A stretch of 64,000 bases of DNA from Scenedesmus sp. PABB004 (lineage: Eukaryota): assembly GCA_014905635.1 (NCBI GenBank), contig JABVCE010000004.1, forward strand, positions 1,364,001 through 1,428,000, written 5' to 3'. Positions 1-12,463 of the stretch are shown in pieces. Both the position numbers and the translations under genes were made by a program. Position 1 is the stretch's first letter. Every line of letters starts with the position of its first letter. The notes beneath the pieces were generated by a model that worked only from the letters and a program-made list of their open reading frames with translations, did not search any database and was not told the origin of the DNA.

Positions 1-963
1 CTGCGCCGCGGCGGCGGCGGGCGGCGGGGCAGGGCGGCGCGGCGGCGCGCGCGGGGCGCTGGGCCAGCGGGCCTGCGCGGCGCGCTGCGCAGCCTGGCGC
101 GCAGCGCAGCGCGGGCCGCGGCGGCGCGCGGGCGGCGCACCGGTGCAGGATGCGGCGGCCGTGCAGCGTGGTGAGGGCCATGAGGATGCAGGCGGCGTAG
201 AAGCGCGCCGCCTCCTCCGGCAGCCCCCCGCCGCGCGGCGACGGCGGGCACGGCGCCGCGCCCGGCGCGCCCAGCGCGGGGCGCGCCACGCGCAGCGGCG
301 GCGGCGGCGCGCCCCGGGCGGCGGGCGCATCGAGCGGCGGCAGCAGCGTCACGAGCACCGGCTCGCCGCCGTCGCTCGCCGCACCGGCGTCGCCGGCCGG
401 CGCGCCGCGCTCGGGCTCGTCGCCGCCGCCCTCCAGCAGCCGCACCGCCGACATCGCGAGCGGCAGCAGCTCCGGCGCCGCCGCCGCGCGCCACCGCGCA
501 TGGCGCGCGGCCATGACGTCGGTGACCGACCCCGCCGCCGCGTACTCCAGCAAGAGCAGCAGGTTGCCGGCGCGGCAGCGCTTGGCCGCGAGCAGCTGGA
601 GCACAAACGGGCACCCCCGCACGCGCGGTGCGCCTCGGCCTCGCGCGCGTGGTCCTGCGCGTCCGTGCCCGGCAGCAGCGCCTTGCGCACGAGCAGCTTG
701 CGTGCGCCGCCAGGGCCAACCGGCATGCTGACCAGATCGACGCTGGCAAACGCGCCCGCGCCGAGCGGGCGCAGCGGCTGAATCCCGCTTGCGGCGGCCC
801 GCTGCAGCTGCGCCTGGTCCAGCGGCGTCGCCAGCGAGAGCTCCGAGTGCTGCTGGGCGCACGCCTCGTCGTCGCCCGCCTCGCCGCTGGCGGCCGCCGC
901 CATTCGCAGCTGCTGGGCGCACGCCTCGTCGTCGCCCGCCTCGCCGTTGGCGGCCGCCGCCAT
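1..963 (-). CDS. AGC-type Ser/Thr protein kinase (N-terminal part; continues beyond the left window edge; apparent 1-nt frameshift at 614-618)
   Basis: Minus-strand translation gives LGAGAFASVDLV (Gly loop), VRKAL, AREAEAHRAC; then in a shifted frame CPFVLQLLAAKRCRAGNLLLLLEYAAAGSV ... LPEEAARFYAACILMALTTLHGRRILHR. An intron follows (GTGCGC at 140 to CAG ending at 1). ATG at 963 is assumed. Confidence 0.85.
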
Positions 964-970
964 TCGCAGC
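851..970. repeat. 60-bp tandem duplication (2 copies, 1 mismatch) at the kinase 5' end
   Basis: 851-910 and 911-970 are identical except gctgg/gttgg; encodes MAAAA(N/S)GEAGDDEACAQQ twice. Confidence 0.95.
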
Positions 971-1362
971 AGCGGCGGCCGCCCGGCGGCGCCGGCCCTG
1001 GCCGGCCGCGCCAAGCGCTGCTGCAGGCGTCAGGGGTGGTGGGGTGCCGCACCCCTCAAGAGCGAGCCTGGGTGGGCGGAGCGAGCCTGGCGGCGGCCGC
1101 GGGCCGGCGGCGAGCGCTGCTGCTCCGCGGAGGCAGGCGGCCGCTGGCGGGGCGTGGTATGGCGCGGAGACGGCGTGGGCGGGAGTGATGTTGCCGGGCG
1201 ATTGGCGTGCCGCTGCCGTCAAAACCCGGCGGTTCCGGCGCCGCTGCGCCGCCGCCCGCGCCGCCGCGCGCCGCTCCCAGGCTCGGCGCCGCACAGCCCC
1301 ACGCCGGTCCGTGGCGCGCGAAAGCCCAGCAGCAGCCGCGCCCTGCAAAAAATCAGCGCACG

Positions 1363-1791
1363 ATGACCGCGTCATCGCGCGCGCGCCGGGCGGCGGCAGC
1401 GCTCGCCGCGCTGCTGCTGGCAGCCGTGGCCGTCGCGGCGCAGGAGAAGGGGCAGGAGCAGGCGGCGCCGGGCCGCGGGAGCTCGCAGCGCTTCGTGGGC
1501 GCGGCCATCGTCGGCGGCGATGTGCCGTGCGGCCAGCCTCCGGGGCGGGCGTGCATCGTGTGCGGCGAGGCGCTCGCCCTGCGCGCGTGCGCGAGCAACT
1601 TCAAGTGCCGCGCTGTGGTGACCAACGGGACCTGTGGCGCGCTCAAGACCGTCGCGACGCCGCGGACCGAAGCGCCAGGCCTCACGACCACGATTCTCAC
1701 GAGCGCCAACGAGACGGCGGAGCAGGTCGTGGCGAGCGCGTGGGGCGGCAACGCGAGCGCGCTGGAGCGCGGCGAGCGGCGCGGCGCGTGA
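1363..1791 (+). CDS. Small secreted Cys-rich protein, possible PAN/apple-like fold
   Basis: Single exon. Signal-peptide-like start MTASSRARRAAAALAALLLAAVAVAAQ; pattern GGDVPC...C..C...RACASNFKCRAVV...CGALK; N-glycosylation sequons NGT, NET, NAS. Confidence 0.7.
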   Translation: MTASSRARRAAAALAALLLAAVAVAAQEKGQEQAAPGRGSSQRFVGAAIVGGDVPCGQPPGRACIVCGEALALRACASNFKCRAVVTNGTCGALKTVATPRTEAPGLTTTILTSANETAEQVVASAWGGNASALERGERRGA

Positions 1792-2156
1792 GGTTGGTCA
1801 ACGCGATGCCCCCCGCACGTCCTCAGCTAGCATACGGCAAAAAATGCGGCCCCTTGCGCGCGACCAGCCGTGCTGATTCGTTCGCCCTCGCCCGTCCCCT
1901 GCTGCTGTTGTCCTAGCGCTCGCTAGGACAGGAGCGCGCCGCCCGCTCTGATCAGGCGCCGCCGCGGCCGCACGCGTCGACGTAGCTCTCCTGCCGCGTG
2001 CCGAGGCAGGCCACACACTGCTTGCGGGTCTCGGGGGTGTCGCGCCAGTTGATGCACCCAAAGCACCATTGCTTGCCCTCGGCTATTGTTGTGTTGCTCG
2101 TGAGGCTGGTGGTGGTGGGGGCGGCGGCCGCGGCCGGTCAGCGGGGCGCGCGCACG

Positions 2157-3313
2157 CTAGCGCCGGCACACGTGCTGACGCGCCCTCTCCAGCGCGGGCG
2201 CCCGCGCGCACCAGCGGTGGCATAGGTCCTGGTCGGCCCGGGCCGTCAGGTAGCTGAGGCAGTCGGCGCAGGTGGTGTAGGGGGTGCCGGCCGCCCGCGC
2301 GCAGGCGTAGCACCGCGCCTGCGCCTCGGGCTGGCGCAGGCCGGCGCACGCGGTGCACGACTCCGAGAACGGGCGGCGCGTGACGCAGGCGACGCAGGCC
2401 TCGGGGTCGGCCGCGTCGCGCACGCACGCCGCGCACGCGCCGCCGCCCGAGCCGCCCTCGGGGTTGAAGCAGCGCGGCGGCCACGACGCGTCGGCGCAGG
2501 CCACGCCCGCGGCGCGCGAGAGGCAGCCCATGCACCGCGCCACCGCGTCGGGCTTGCCCGGCAGCGCCGTGAGGCCCGCGCACGACGTGCACGGACCCGT
2601 CCACGTCGCCCCGCGGCCCTTGACGCAGTCCACGCACGCGGCGACGTCCGGGGCCGCGCCGGACCGGCCCGACGGCGTCAGCAGCGCGCACGCCGCGCAA
2701 GGCTGGCCGCCGAGCAGGCAGGCGCTGCACGAGGCCCGCGCGGCGCCCGTGAGGTTGAAGCACGCCGCGCAGCCGTCGGCCGGCGCGAGCGCGCCGGGGC
2801 CGGCGAGCACGCGCTCCAGCAGCCCCCGCTGCAGCTGCGGCGCCGTCGCGCAGCGCAGGCAGCCCGCGGCGTCGCGTGACGCGAGGCACGCCGCGCAGGT
2901 CTGGGCCGACACGGCGGCGCCCGCGGACGCGCAGAGCGCGGGCAGCACCATCGCGCCGCTCACCCAGCCCTCGCCTGCGCGCGGCGGGCAGGGCAGGAGG
3001 GGGGGGCCTGGAGGCGGGCGCCGCGCGAGCGCACGCGGGTGCGCCCCCGCCGCGCCCCCGCCGCGCCCGCACCTGGGTCCTGCGACCAGTACGCCGGCCT
3101 GGCTGGGTCGGGTAGGCGCTTGAGGGTGCACAGCCCGCGCGGCCAGCGCGCCGTCGGGGTGCACGCGCCGTCCCTGCAGTCTGCCGCGCAGCCGCTCGTT
3201 TGGCCCCACGGACCAAAGCTCGTGATCGCCGCGAGCTTGTACCACGACGCGGCTGGCGACGTGGGGTTCTCGCCGGCCGCAGTGGCGACTGCCGGCGGCG
3301 GCGCGCCGCGCGT

Positions 3314-3345
<32 letters not shown>

Positions 3346-3734
3346 TCGACGCGCTCAACGCTCACGTTTGGCGTGCGCGCGGAGGAACTCGTCGCAGCCG
3401 GCGCCGCAGCCCGCGCTGGCGTTGCAGAACGTCCAGCCGCTGCAGCCCGCGACGGCGCGGCAGGCCGCGGCGCACTCGTCGGGCCGGCCGAGCGGCGGCC
3501 CGATCGGGTGGTTGCCTTGGAAGCGGAGGGAGCCAACGTCCAGGACCAGCGTCTCGCCCTTGGCGTTGAGCGGCGCGCGCGTCTCGGTCACGGCGCCGGG
3601 GCCGGCCGCCGCCGCTGCGGGGCGGCGCGCGGTGTGACCGGCGGCCAGCCTGGCGCCGCTGCTGCTGCGCCGCGCCACGCACCTGCACCCGCTGCCGCGA
3701 CCAGCAGTACCGCCCAGCACACGTAGCGGCGCAT
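2157..3734 (-). CDS. Secreted Cys-rich protein: PAN/apple-like domain followed by many CxxC repeats
   Basis: ATG at 3734, MRRYVCWAVLLVAAAGA signal peptide; 3 GT-AG introns; ECAAACRAVAGCSGWTFC...CTLK...WVSG apple-like motif; long last exon with CAAC/CLRC/CSAC/CVDC/CTSC repeats; TAG at 2157. Confidence 0.8.
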
Positions 3735-4290
3735 GATGCGGCTGGCTGCGAGATCGTGCGCTGCGCCGCGCGCCCCCGGGAGCTGCAGTTCTGCTGCGCC
3801 GCTGCCGCGCTCAGCAGGCCCCCGCTGCGCTCGCAGCGGCCCGCGCGTTCAGTGTGTCGGCGCTGGAAAGCTCCACCGCGACTGCAGCGCGCGCCGCGGA
3901 GTGTGTGACGGCGCCGCCGGAGCTGGCGGCAGGCGGTGAGCTGAGCCGCGGGTTCACACCGCCGCTGCTCACACGCCCAGGTCTAACACACGGGCCAGGG
4001 GCCGCCAACCCGCCCGCACACGAAAGAAGGGTCAAAACTGAGAGAGCCTCCAGGCGCTGGGGGCGCCCGTCACGCCGCGCGCGGCGCGCGCTCCGCCACT
4101 CCGTTCCTAGGGGCTCGAGGGAGCCAGAAGACGGATGATGCCCGACGCCGCCAACAAAAACGACCGCCGCCGCCGCCCCCGCCGCGGGCGGGGCCGTCGC
4201 AGCCAGGCTCTCGTGGCTGCACAGCCGCGCCCCCGCGCTCCCAGTGGGCCAGGTCGCCCGCGCCTCTCGCCGCGCTGCGCGGCGCCGCCG

Positions 4291-5571
4291 TCAGACCTCG
4301 TCGTCGTCGTCAAACGCGGCGGCGGGCCCCGCGAGCACGCGGCGCGCGACCGCGTCGAAGCTGCGCACGTCGACGCCCCTGCGGCCGGCGCGGGCGCGGG
4401 CGCGCGTGGGCGGGCCGCGCGTGGGCGGGCCGCGCGCGGGCACGCGGGCCAGCGGCGGCGCGGCAGCTCCGCCCGCCAGCGCAGCACGGCGCGGCGCAGC
4501 CCGCGCGCACCAGAGCCACGCGGCCACGCCCGCGTCGCGCGCGCCCCACACGTCGTTGCGGCGGTCGTCACCGACGTGCACCGCGTCGCCCGGGCGCGTG
4601 CCGAGGCGGGCGAGCGCGGCGTCAAAGATCACGGGGTTTGGCTTCTCCGCCCCGACCTCGGCGCTGACGATGATGGCGTCAAACAGCCCAGCCACGCCGA
4701 GGTCGTCGAGCAGCGGGCGCAGGCGCGTGTCAAAGTTGGACACGCACGCGAGCCGCACGCCCGCGCCGCGCAGGCGCTCGAGCGCCGGCACCGCGCCCGG
4801 CGCGAGCGCCCACGCCGAGGGCCGCGTGTAGTGCTCGTACACCTGCCGGCGGGCCGGGCCGGGCGGGAGGCGCGGCCGGCTCAGCCGGGCCGCGGGCGCA
4901 GGCGGCGGCGGCGCCCGGCCGGCCCGGGCGCCCGTCCCCCGCGCCGCGCCGGGCCGCGCGCGTGCGTGCGCGCCTGCTCAAACATCTCCTCGCTGTCGCA
5001 GCCGGTCGACTGCTGCACGATGAACCGCCAAAAGGGCCGCCCGTCGCCGACGTAGCGCAGCGGGCCGCGCCACGGCGTGTTGTACGCGCTGCGCCAGCGG
5101 CGCGTGGGCAGCGGCGGCGCGTGGCGGGGCCGCACACCGCCGCGGCGGCGGCGCGTGGCGGGGCCGCACTCCGCCGCGGCGGCGCGCCCGCCGCGCGCCG
5201 CCTCACCGCCGGAAGCGCTGCAGCACCTCGTCGTCGCTGAGCGCGCAGCCGTACGGCTGCGCGTAGCGCAGGTACACGCCCGTCATCCGCTCGGCGGGCA
5301 GCAGCAGGGTGCCCGCAGCGTCCACCAGCAGCGCCTTGTACGCGTGCCGCGGCGCCGAGGTCGGCGCGCCGATCCAGCGCCCCGCCGCCGCCGCTGGCGC
5401 CGCGCCGCTCGCGCGCTGGACCGCCGCGGGCGCGCCGGCACCGGCGCTGGCGTGCAGCGGCGCGGCGCCGTGCGGCTGCCACGGCGCCCATGGGCCCCCG
5501 CCGCCGGCCGCAGCCGCGGCCCACGGTCGCCACGCGCCCGCCCGGCCCAGCGCGCCAGCCAGCGCGCCCAT
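4291..5571 (-). CDS. HAD-like hydrolase (HDHD3/REG-2-like), probably organelle-targeted
   Basis: LLVDAAGTLL (motif I), VSNFDTRL (II), AEKPNPVIF (III), HVGDDRRNDVWGARDAG (IV); 3 introns, one GC-AG (4843-4973). Confidence 0.92.
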
Positions 5572-6015
5572 CGGCCGGGGCGGCCGCGGCGGGCCCGACC
5601 GCTGCTGCTGCCGGCGCCCCGCGCTGCTGCCGGCGCTGCGCGACCGCCGAGCCCGGCTCACAGCCTGTGGTAGTGACCGTAGTGACCGTAGTGCGCCCCG
5701 ATTGCGCGATGCGCCACTCAGCCAGCGGGCAGCTCAACCGATGCGCCGCGCGCCCGCCCCACAAAATCCCGGCTCGCTCGCGGCGTTCGGCACGCCGCCG
5801 CCGCGCCACAGTGCTCAGAGCGACGCATTCCATCTCCAACCGCGCACCCGCCGCCTGCCGCGCCCCGCCCGCCACAGCAGCAGGCGCTGCTGCGCCGCCA
5901 GCCACCCGCCGCCCGCCCCCGCCGCCAACCCCCCCGGCCACCGCGCCAGCAGCGGCCGCCCCGCCAGCAGCAGCGACAGCAGCGGGGCATCAGGCGCGCG
6001 CAGCAGCAGCTCGCC

Positions 6016-7125
6016 ATGCAGCTGGCCCGCGCGCAGCGCGCCGCCGGCGCGGCGCGGCCGGCGCAGCGGCTGGCCGCCCCGCGCCTGGTCGCGGCGGCCG
6101 CGGGCGCCAAGGGCGCGGGCGGCTTCGGCAAGTCCAACAAGAAGCGCGTCGACACGAGCGGCGGCATGGTGCGCACCGAGCCCAAGACGATCAGCCGCGC
6201 AGACCTCGACGACGACGCGCCGCCCGCCGGCGGCAAGGCGGCCAAGGCCAAGGGCGGCGCCGGCGCGCCGCCGGGCTTCCCCGAGGGTGCGCGCGCGCCG
6301 CCGGGCTGGGCCGGGCCGGGCCGGGCCGGGCCGCACGCAGCGGCAGGGGCACGCTCGGCCACACACGGCGGCGGCGGCTGCGGCGGGGCATGCTCGCGCG
6401 CCGCGCTGCGCGGCCACGCGCGCCCGCGCGCCCCCTCCACCCCCCTCCCCTCTCTCCACCATCATCAAAGGCTGGGTGGACCTGAAGTTCAAGGCCGGCG
6501 ACATCCCGCTCGGCAAGAGCAGCAAGCCCGTGGCCCTGGCGACGGGGCGGGCGCTGATGGTCTACAAGTATGACAACCGCGTCTACGTCAGCGACGCAGC
6601 CTCGACCGCGTACAGGTGCGCGCGCGCGTGGCGCGGCGGCACGCGGCGCCGGCGGCGGCGCGGCGCGGGCCGCGCGCTCACGCGGCCGCCGCCCCCCCCG
6701 CCCGCCCGCCCGCTTGCAGCTACCCCATGGTTGACGCCAAGGGTGCGGCGCGGGCGAACGGGGCCAACGGGGCGGAGGGGCGCGGCGGGGCAGCGCGGCG
6801 GGCGGGGAGGGGCGCGGCGGGGCGGCGCGGGCCCGCGTGGCGCCGCGCGCGCGGCGCCGGCCGCCGGCCGACGCGCCTCTCTCTCTCCCCGCGCGCCGCG
6901 CGCGCAGTGTTCCGCGACCCCGAGAGCGGCGCGGTCGCGGCGGAGGTGCCGCTCGACGGCTCCGTGTACGACCTCGCGACCGGCGCGGTGCTCAAGTGGT
7001 GCCCCAAGGACTCGCCGCTGCGCGCGGCGCTGGGCACGCTCAAGAGCGCGGTCGACCCGACGCCGCTCAAGGTGTTCCCGGTGCACGTTGAGGCCGACGG
7101 CGCGATCTGGACCAAGCTCATCTGA
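6016..7125 (+). CDS. Plastid-targeted Rieske-like (NirD/PSB33-type fold) protein lacking the [2Fe-2S] ligands
   Basis: Transit-peptide-like N-terminus; spliced product WVDL...ALMVYKYDNRVYVSDAASTAYSYPM...AEVPLDGSVYDLATGAVLKWCP...LKVFPVHVEADGAIW; 3 introns. Confidence 0.8.
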
Positions 7126-7581
7126 CCGCGCCGCAGACAGACAGGCGGGGGGCGCGAGCGTGTGCCCCGTATCCGGACGCGCGGCGGGGTTTTTTGATCG
7201 GCGGGCGCGGCCGGCTCTGAGCTGCCGGCGGCGCGGGGAGCGGGGCGTCGACCATTTGCAGGGCGGCCCGTGGCGAGAGAGACAGAGGGCCCACAGCCGC
7301 CGCCGCCTCCCGTGAGGCGGCGGCGCGGCGCCGGCGAGCAGCAGCCGCGCGGTGGTGCTGCCGCGCCAGTGCAAGCGTGCGCATGCGTTGCGGCCGAGCC
7401 CGGCGTCGCAGTCAGCCCCGCTCGTGCTCAACTCCGCGCACATCCACAGCAAACAACTTGATGTACACAGCCGCCGCGGGCGACCAGACAAAAACCTCGG
7501 CGGCGGCGCACAGAGTCCACAGCGCGCACAGGCACGGCGGGCGGAAAAAACGCAGCAGCAGCCGCCGCGCTCGCGGCGGGC

Positions 7582-8178
7582 TCACTCGACGGGCATGCCG
7601 GGCGGCACGAGGTGCGGGTGGCGGCGCGCGAGCGCGAGCGTCTGCTCGCGCTGCTCCCTCAGGTGCCAGGGCATGGGCTCGGCGTACACGTCTGTGAAGA
7701 GCTGCCCCACCGCGGGCTTGGGCACCTTTGCCGCGCGCTCAAGGGCGTCGATGATCTCCCGCCGCGCGCCGCGCCGCAGCGCGGCCTCGCGGCCCTCGTC
7801 CCACCAGCCGCTGAGCGCGAGCCAGTTGCGGAAGCGCACGACCGGGTCGCGCGCGGCCCACGCCGCCATCTCGTCGCGCGTGCGGTAGCTGCAGGGCGCG
7901 CGCGCGACCCGGCGGCGGCGGCGGGCTCGACAGTGGGAGCCGGCGCGGCCCCTGTGCGCCCCCCCGCCTCGTGTGCACGCGCGCACCGGCTGGAGTCGTC
8001 GGAGGTGGAGTGGTGCCCGCTGCGGTAGCTCATTGCCTCCACCAGCACCGGCGCGCTCTCGCGCAGCGCGAGCTCGCGCGCGCCGCGCGTCGCCGCGTGC
8101 ATTGCGCGCGCGTCCCCGCCGTCGACGCGCACGGTGCGCACGCCAAACGCCGGCCCGCGCGCCGCGACGCCATCGCCT

Positions 8179-8251
<73 letters not shown>

Positions 8252-10015
8252 GCGAGGGCGTCGGCGCGGCGCGCTGCGGCGCCCGCGCCGCGCAGCGCTT
8301 CTCGACTCGAGCAGCGCCCCCCCCCCCACCCACCTGCGTACTGCTCGGTCGCGGGGGTGGAGATCGCAAAGCCGTTGTTCCTGCACACAAACACCACCGG
8401 CGCGCCCAGGACCGCGGCAAACTGGGGCGCCGCGCGGCGGCACGGCGGCGGGGCGTCGGCGCGCGAGGCCCGCCCGCCGCGCCGGCTCCGCCTCCACCTG
8501 CGGCGCGCCGCACCTGCAGCGCGGCGTGCGCGTCGCCCTCGCTGGCGGCGCCCTCGCCAAAGTACGCGGCGGCCACGGTGTCCGCGCCGTCGAGCTTGGG
8601 GCGCCGAGCGGCACGGCAGCGGCGGCGGCGGCGGCAGCAGGGGACGCCGGCTCGGCATCGGCGCGCGCGCGCGAGCGGGGCGGAGCAGGCGGCGCATGCG
8701 GCCGCTCGCCACGCAGCGCCCGCTCCCGCTCCAGCGCACCTTCATAGCGTACGCCGCGCCCACGGCGTGCGGGAGCTGCGTGGCGAGCGGCGAGCTGACC
8801 GTCTGCCAGCAGAGCTCGGGGCTGGTGTAGTGGATCGGCATCTGCGCCGCACCACGCCGGCGGCGGGGGCGTGTGGGACGAGGCGCCCGCGCTGGACGCG
8901 GCTGCGTGCTGCCGCGCGCGCGCGCGCGCCTGGCGGCCCTGGCCCGGCTCGAGGGCGTTGCCAAAGAGCTGGTTGGCAAACGAGTCAAATGTAAAGCCAC
9001 GCCACAGCAGCACGCCGTGCTCCCTGCGCACCGCGGCGCGCGCGCGCGGGGCGGCGTCGCAGCGGCGCCGCGCCCCCGCGGCGCGCGCACGCCCCGGCCA
9101 GCCCGCTGCCAGCGCCCCGCCGCGCCGCGCCGCGCCGCGCGCCTGTACTGGCTGAAGACCTGGGCGGCCGGGCGAGCGGCGGGCGCAGGCGCGGTGGTGG
9201 TGGGTGGCTGCGCGCAGGCGGCGGGCGGTGCAGGTCCCCCCCCCTGCGCCGCCCCCCGCCGCACCACGTCCCGGGGGTCCAGCCCCGCGGCGCTGCCGAC
9301 GATGGCCGCCTCCTCGCCTGCCGCGCGCGTGCGCGCGCGGGCGGGCGGGCGGGCGGCGGCGGCGCGCGTGGGCTGGCGAGGCGCCGCCCGGCCCGCCGGC
9401 GCCGCCCGCGTGCGCGGCCATTCGTGCCGGGGGCCGCGGGCGCCGCGCCTGCGCAGGTCATGTAGAACGAGAACCGCCCCTGGCGCTGCGCGTCGTAGCA
9501 GACGGCGTCCATGACCTGCGCGGCGCGGCGCGGCGCGACGCGCTGGGCGGGGCTGCGCGCGCGGGCCCGCTCGCGCGCCGACGCAGCCGCGCGCGCCGCT
9601 CGCACAGCCCCGGGCGTGGCCTGGCCGCCCGGCCGACCTGCAGGCGGGCCATGGCGGTGTACAGCGCGACCGCGCCGGCCTCGTCCAGGTCGTGCGGGAG
9701 CGCGGCGGCGCCGTCGACCGGCGCGCCGCGCGCGTCGAGCGCGCGGAACGCCGGCAGCCGCTCGCTGGCCGGCCCGACCGGCCCGCCGACGAACTGCAGC
9801 TCATGCGTGAGCGGGACGCGGCCACCGGGGACGTCCAGCCAGTCGGGCGCGACGCCCCGGCCCTCCGCAGAGGCCGCGGCAGCGGCGTCGTGCGCCTCCG
9901 GCGCCGACGCCGGCGCCGACGCCGACGCGGCGCGCCAGGCGCTCCAGCCGCGCCCTATCGCTGCTGGGGTGCGCAGGAGCAGCGGCAGCGGCAGCAGCCG
10001 CGCAGACAGCTGCAT
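7582..10015 (-). CDS. BCKDHA: Branched-chain 2-oxo acid dehydrogenase E1 alpha subunit, mitochondrial
   Basis: [79 protein letters not shown]; 9 introns, 3 GC-AG. Start at 10015; an in-frame ATG at 10150 is an alternative. Confidence 0.96.
8179..8250. repeat. (GCG)n microsatellite, about 24 units, intronic
   Basis: Perfect gcg run in BCKDHA intron 8, next to the acceptor. Confidence 0.9.
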
Positions 10016-10401
10016 GGCGGCGCGCTGCGCTGGCGTGGCGGCGCGCTGCGCTGGCGTGGCGCCCGCCCGCTCAGCTCGCAGCGCGACGCGCGCAGCAAGG
10101 AGTGCCGCCGCTCTGATGGGCGGCGACAGCGACGGGGTTCCGAAACGCATGCTCTTGCGGCGCCCGCTGCGCTTTTGTGCGCTCGCACCACCAGAAGTAG
10201 CGGTGCGCCGCCGCCGCGCCCCGGCTCACCCCGGCGCCGTGCGTGCGCCAAGGCCCACTCAAAAACCCGCCGCGTGGCAGCGCCCTTGCGTCGCGCCGGA
10301 GAGTCGGCGCCGCTGCTCCACAACCACCGTCGCCGCCCCGATCGGCGCGATGCTGCGGCCGCCCCGGTAGCCCGGGGTCGTCTCCTGCGCAAGGCGCCGG
10401 C

Positions 10402-12431
10402 ATGGAGGGCGAGCGCGTGCTGCACTCACCGCAGCACGGCGCCGCCGCGGCGCACCAGCGCCACCCGGCGCCGGCGGCGCCCCACGGCGCGGCGCCGCCG
10501 GAGCTGCGCCCGCCGCCCGCGCGCTACGCCGCGCCGGCCGCGGGCTGGGGCGCGGGGCCGCGCCCCGGCGGCGCCGGCGGGCGCGGCTCGCCGGCGCCGG
10601 GCAAGCCGCTGCTGCCCGGCGGCGGCGGCGGGGGCCGCCTCGGCGGCGGTGCCGGCCCGTTTGGCGGCGGCGGCGGCGGCGGCGGCGGCTCCTGCGCGCC
10701 GCCGCGCACGAGCGTGCTCTGCCGCGCGCTCGCGGCGACGATCGCGGTGCTCGTGTTTGTGCAGGCGGTGAGCTGCGGGCTGTTCTTCTGCGTGCGCGCC
10801 CCGCTCGGGCACCGGCCCTACCCGGACTACGCCGACCTCATCAGCGAGCTCGACATGGCGCCGCCCCCGGGGCCCGCGGCGGCGGGGCCGCGCCCCGGCG
10901 GCGCCGCGTGGGCGGCCGCCGGCGCCGGCGGCGCCGGCGGCGGCGGCGGCGCGAAGCTCATCCCCCGCGTCGTGCACCAGACGGCGCCGAGCGCGCGGCT
11001 GCCGGCGCGCGCGCGCGCGCTCACGCGGAGCTGGCGCGAGAAGAACGGCGCGGGCTGGGCGGTGCGGCTGTACAGCGACGAGGCGGCGGCCAACTTTGTG
11101 CGCCGCGAGTTCCCAGAGTACTACGAGGCCTACATGGCCCTGCCAAAGGACGTGGAGCGTGCAGACTTCTTCAAGTGCGCGCGCCCGCCGCGGCCGCGCC
11201 GCCGCGGCAGCGCCACGCTCAGGCCGCGCGCGGCGCGCGGGGCGGCCTGGCGCGCGGGGCGGCCTGGCGCGCGCTGCCGCGGCGACGCGCGCTGCACACA
11301 CGCGCTGCCGCGCTGCCGCCGCGCGCAGGTACATGGTCGTGCTGCGCCTGGGCGGGGTGTACGCGGACGTGGATGTCGAGTGCCGGACGCCGCTCGACGC
11401 GGTCATCGCGCCCGCCGACACGCTGCTGGTCGGCTGGGACGCCGAGACGCCCGACGGCGGCGCCGCGGCGGCGGCGGCGCTGTCGCGCACGCGCCAGGTC
11501 GCGACGTGGCTCTTTGCCGCCGCGCCGGGGCACCCCGTGCTGCGCGCGGCGTGCGATCACATCGCGCGGCACGCGGCGACGCCGTTCAGCAACGACACCG
11601 TGCGCGACACGCACGAGCGCACGGGCGCGGGGCTCTTCACCGACCTGGTGCTCGCGCACGCGCTCGCGCACCCCGCGGCCAAGGTGCGCGCCGCGCCGCC
11701 AGCGACGCCACGGCGGCCCACGGCTCTCGGTCCGCGGGGCTCGCCACCGCCGCCCGCGGCAGCGCGCGCCGACGCCGCCGCCCGCCCGCTCACTCGACCA
11801 CGCGCAGCGGGACGACCCCTGGAAGGCGCGCATTCTGCCGCGCGTCGCGTTTGGCGTGCGGCCCGCGGAGGAGGGCGAGCTCGGGCCGCACCTGCCCGGC
11901 GTGGTCGTGCTGCACCACTTCCAGGGCAGCTGGCAGTCCTGGGCGCCCGCGCACCGCAAGGCGCTGCAGGTCGTGGCGCCGCTGCTGCGCTGGGCCAGGT
12001 GCGCGGGCGCGCGCGGGCCGCGCGGCCTGGTGCGCCAGCGACGGCGGCGGCGCCCGCCGCGCGCCCGCGCCGCGCCTGGCCGCGCCCCTGCCCACGCCGC
12101 CGCCGCGCGCCCGCCGCCGCGCCCAGGCCGGCGCGCGCGGCGCCGGCGGCGGCCGCGCCGGCGCCCGCGGTCGCGGGCAGCAACGTGAGCCACTACCCGG
12201 TGAGCGTTGACTTTGACCCTCCCTTCACGGTCATGACGGACCTCATCGGCGCGGGCGACGCGCAGGCGGGCGCCGACGTGAGCGCCGCGATCACCGCGCA
12301 CGGCACGTGGCAGCCCGCCGTCGCGCCGTACCGGCGCCCCGCGGTTGTCGACGCGCTCGTCGGCGCGCTCGGCCGCCACGGCCGCGGCGGCGGCGGCGGC
12401 GGCGCAGCGGGCGCGGGGCCGCCCGGCGCGC

Positions 12432-12463
<32 letters not shown>

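Noticed and set aside
5300..5340. HAD motif I reads DAAGT rather than DxDGT, suggesting an inactive enzyme
   Set aside because: This variant is normal for the HDHD3/REG-2-like subfamily.
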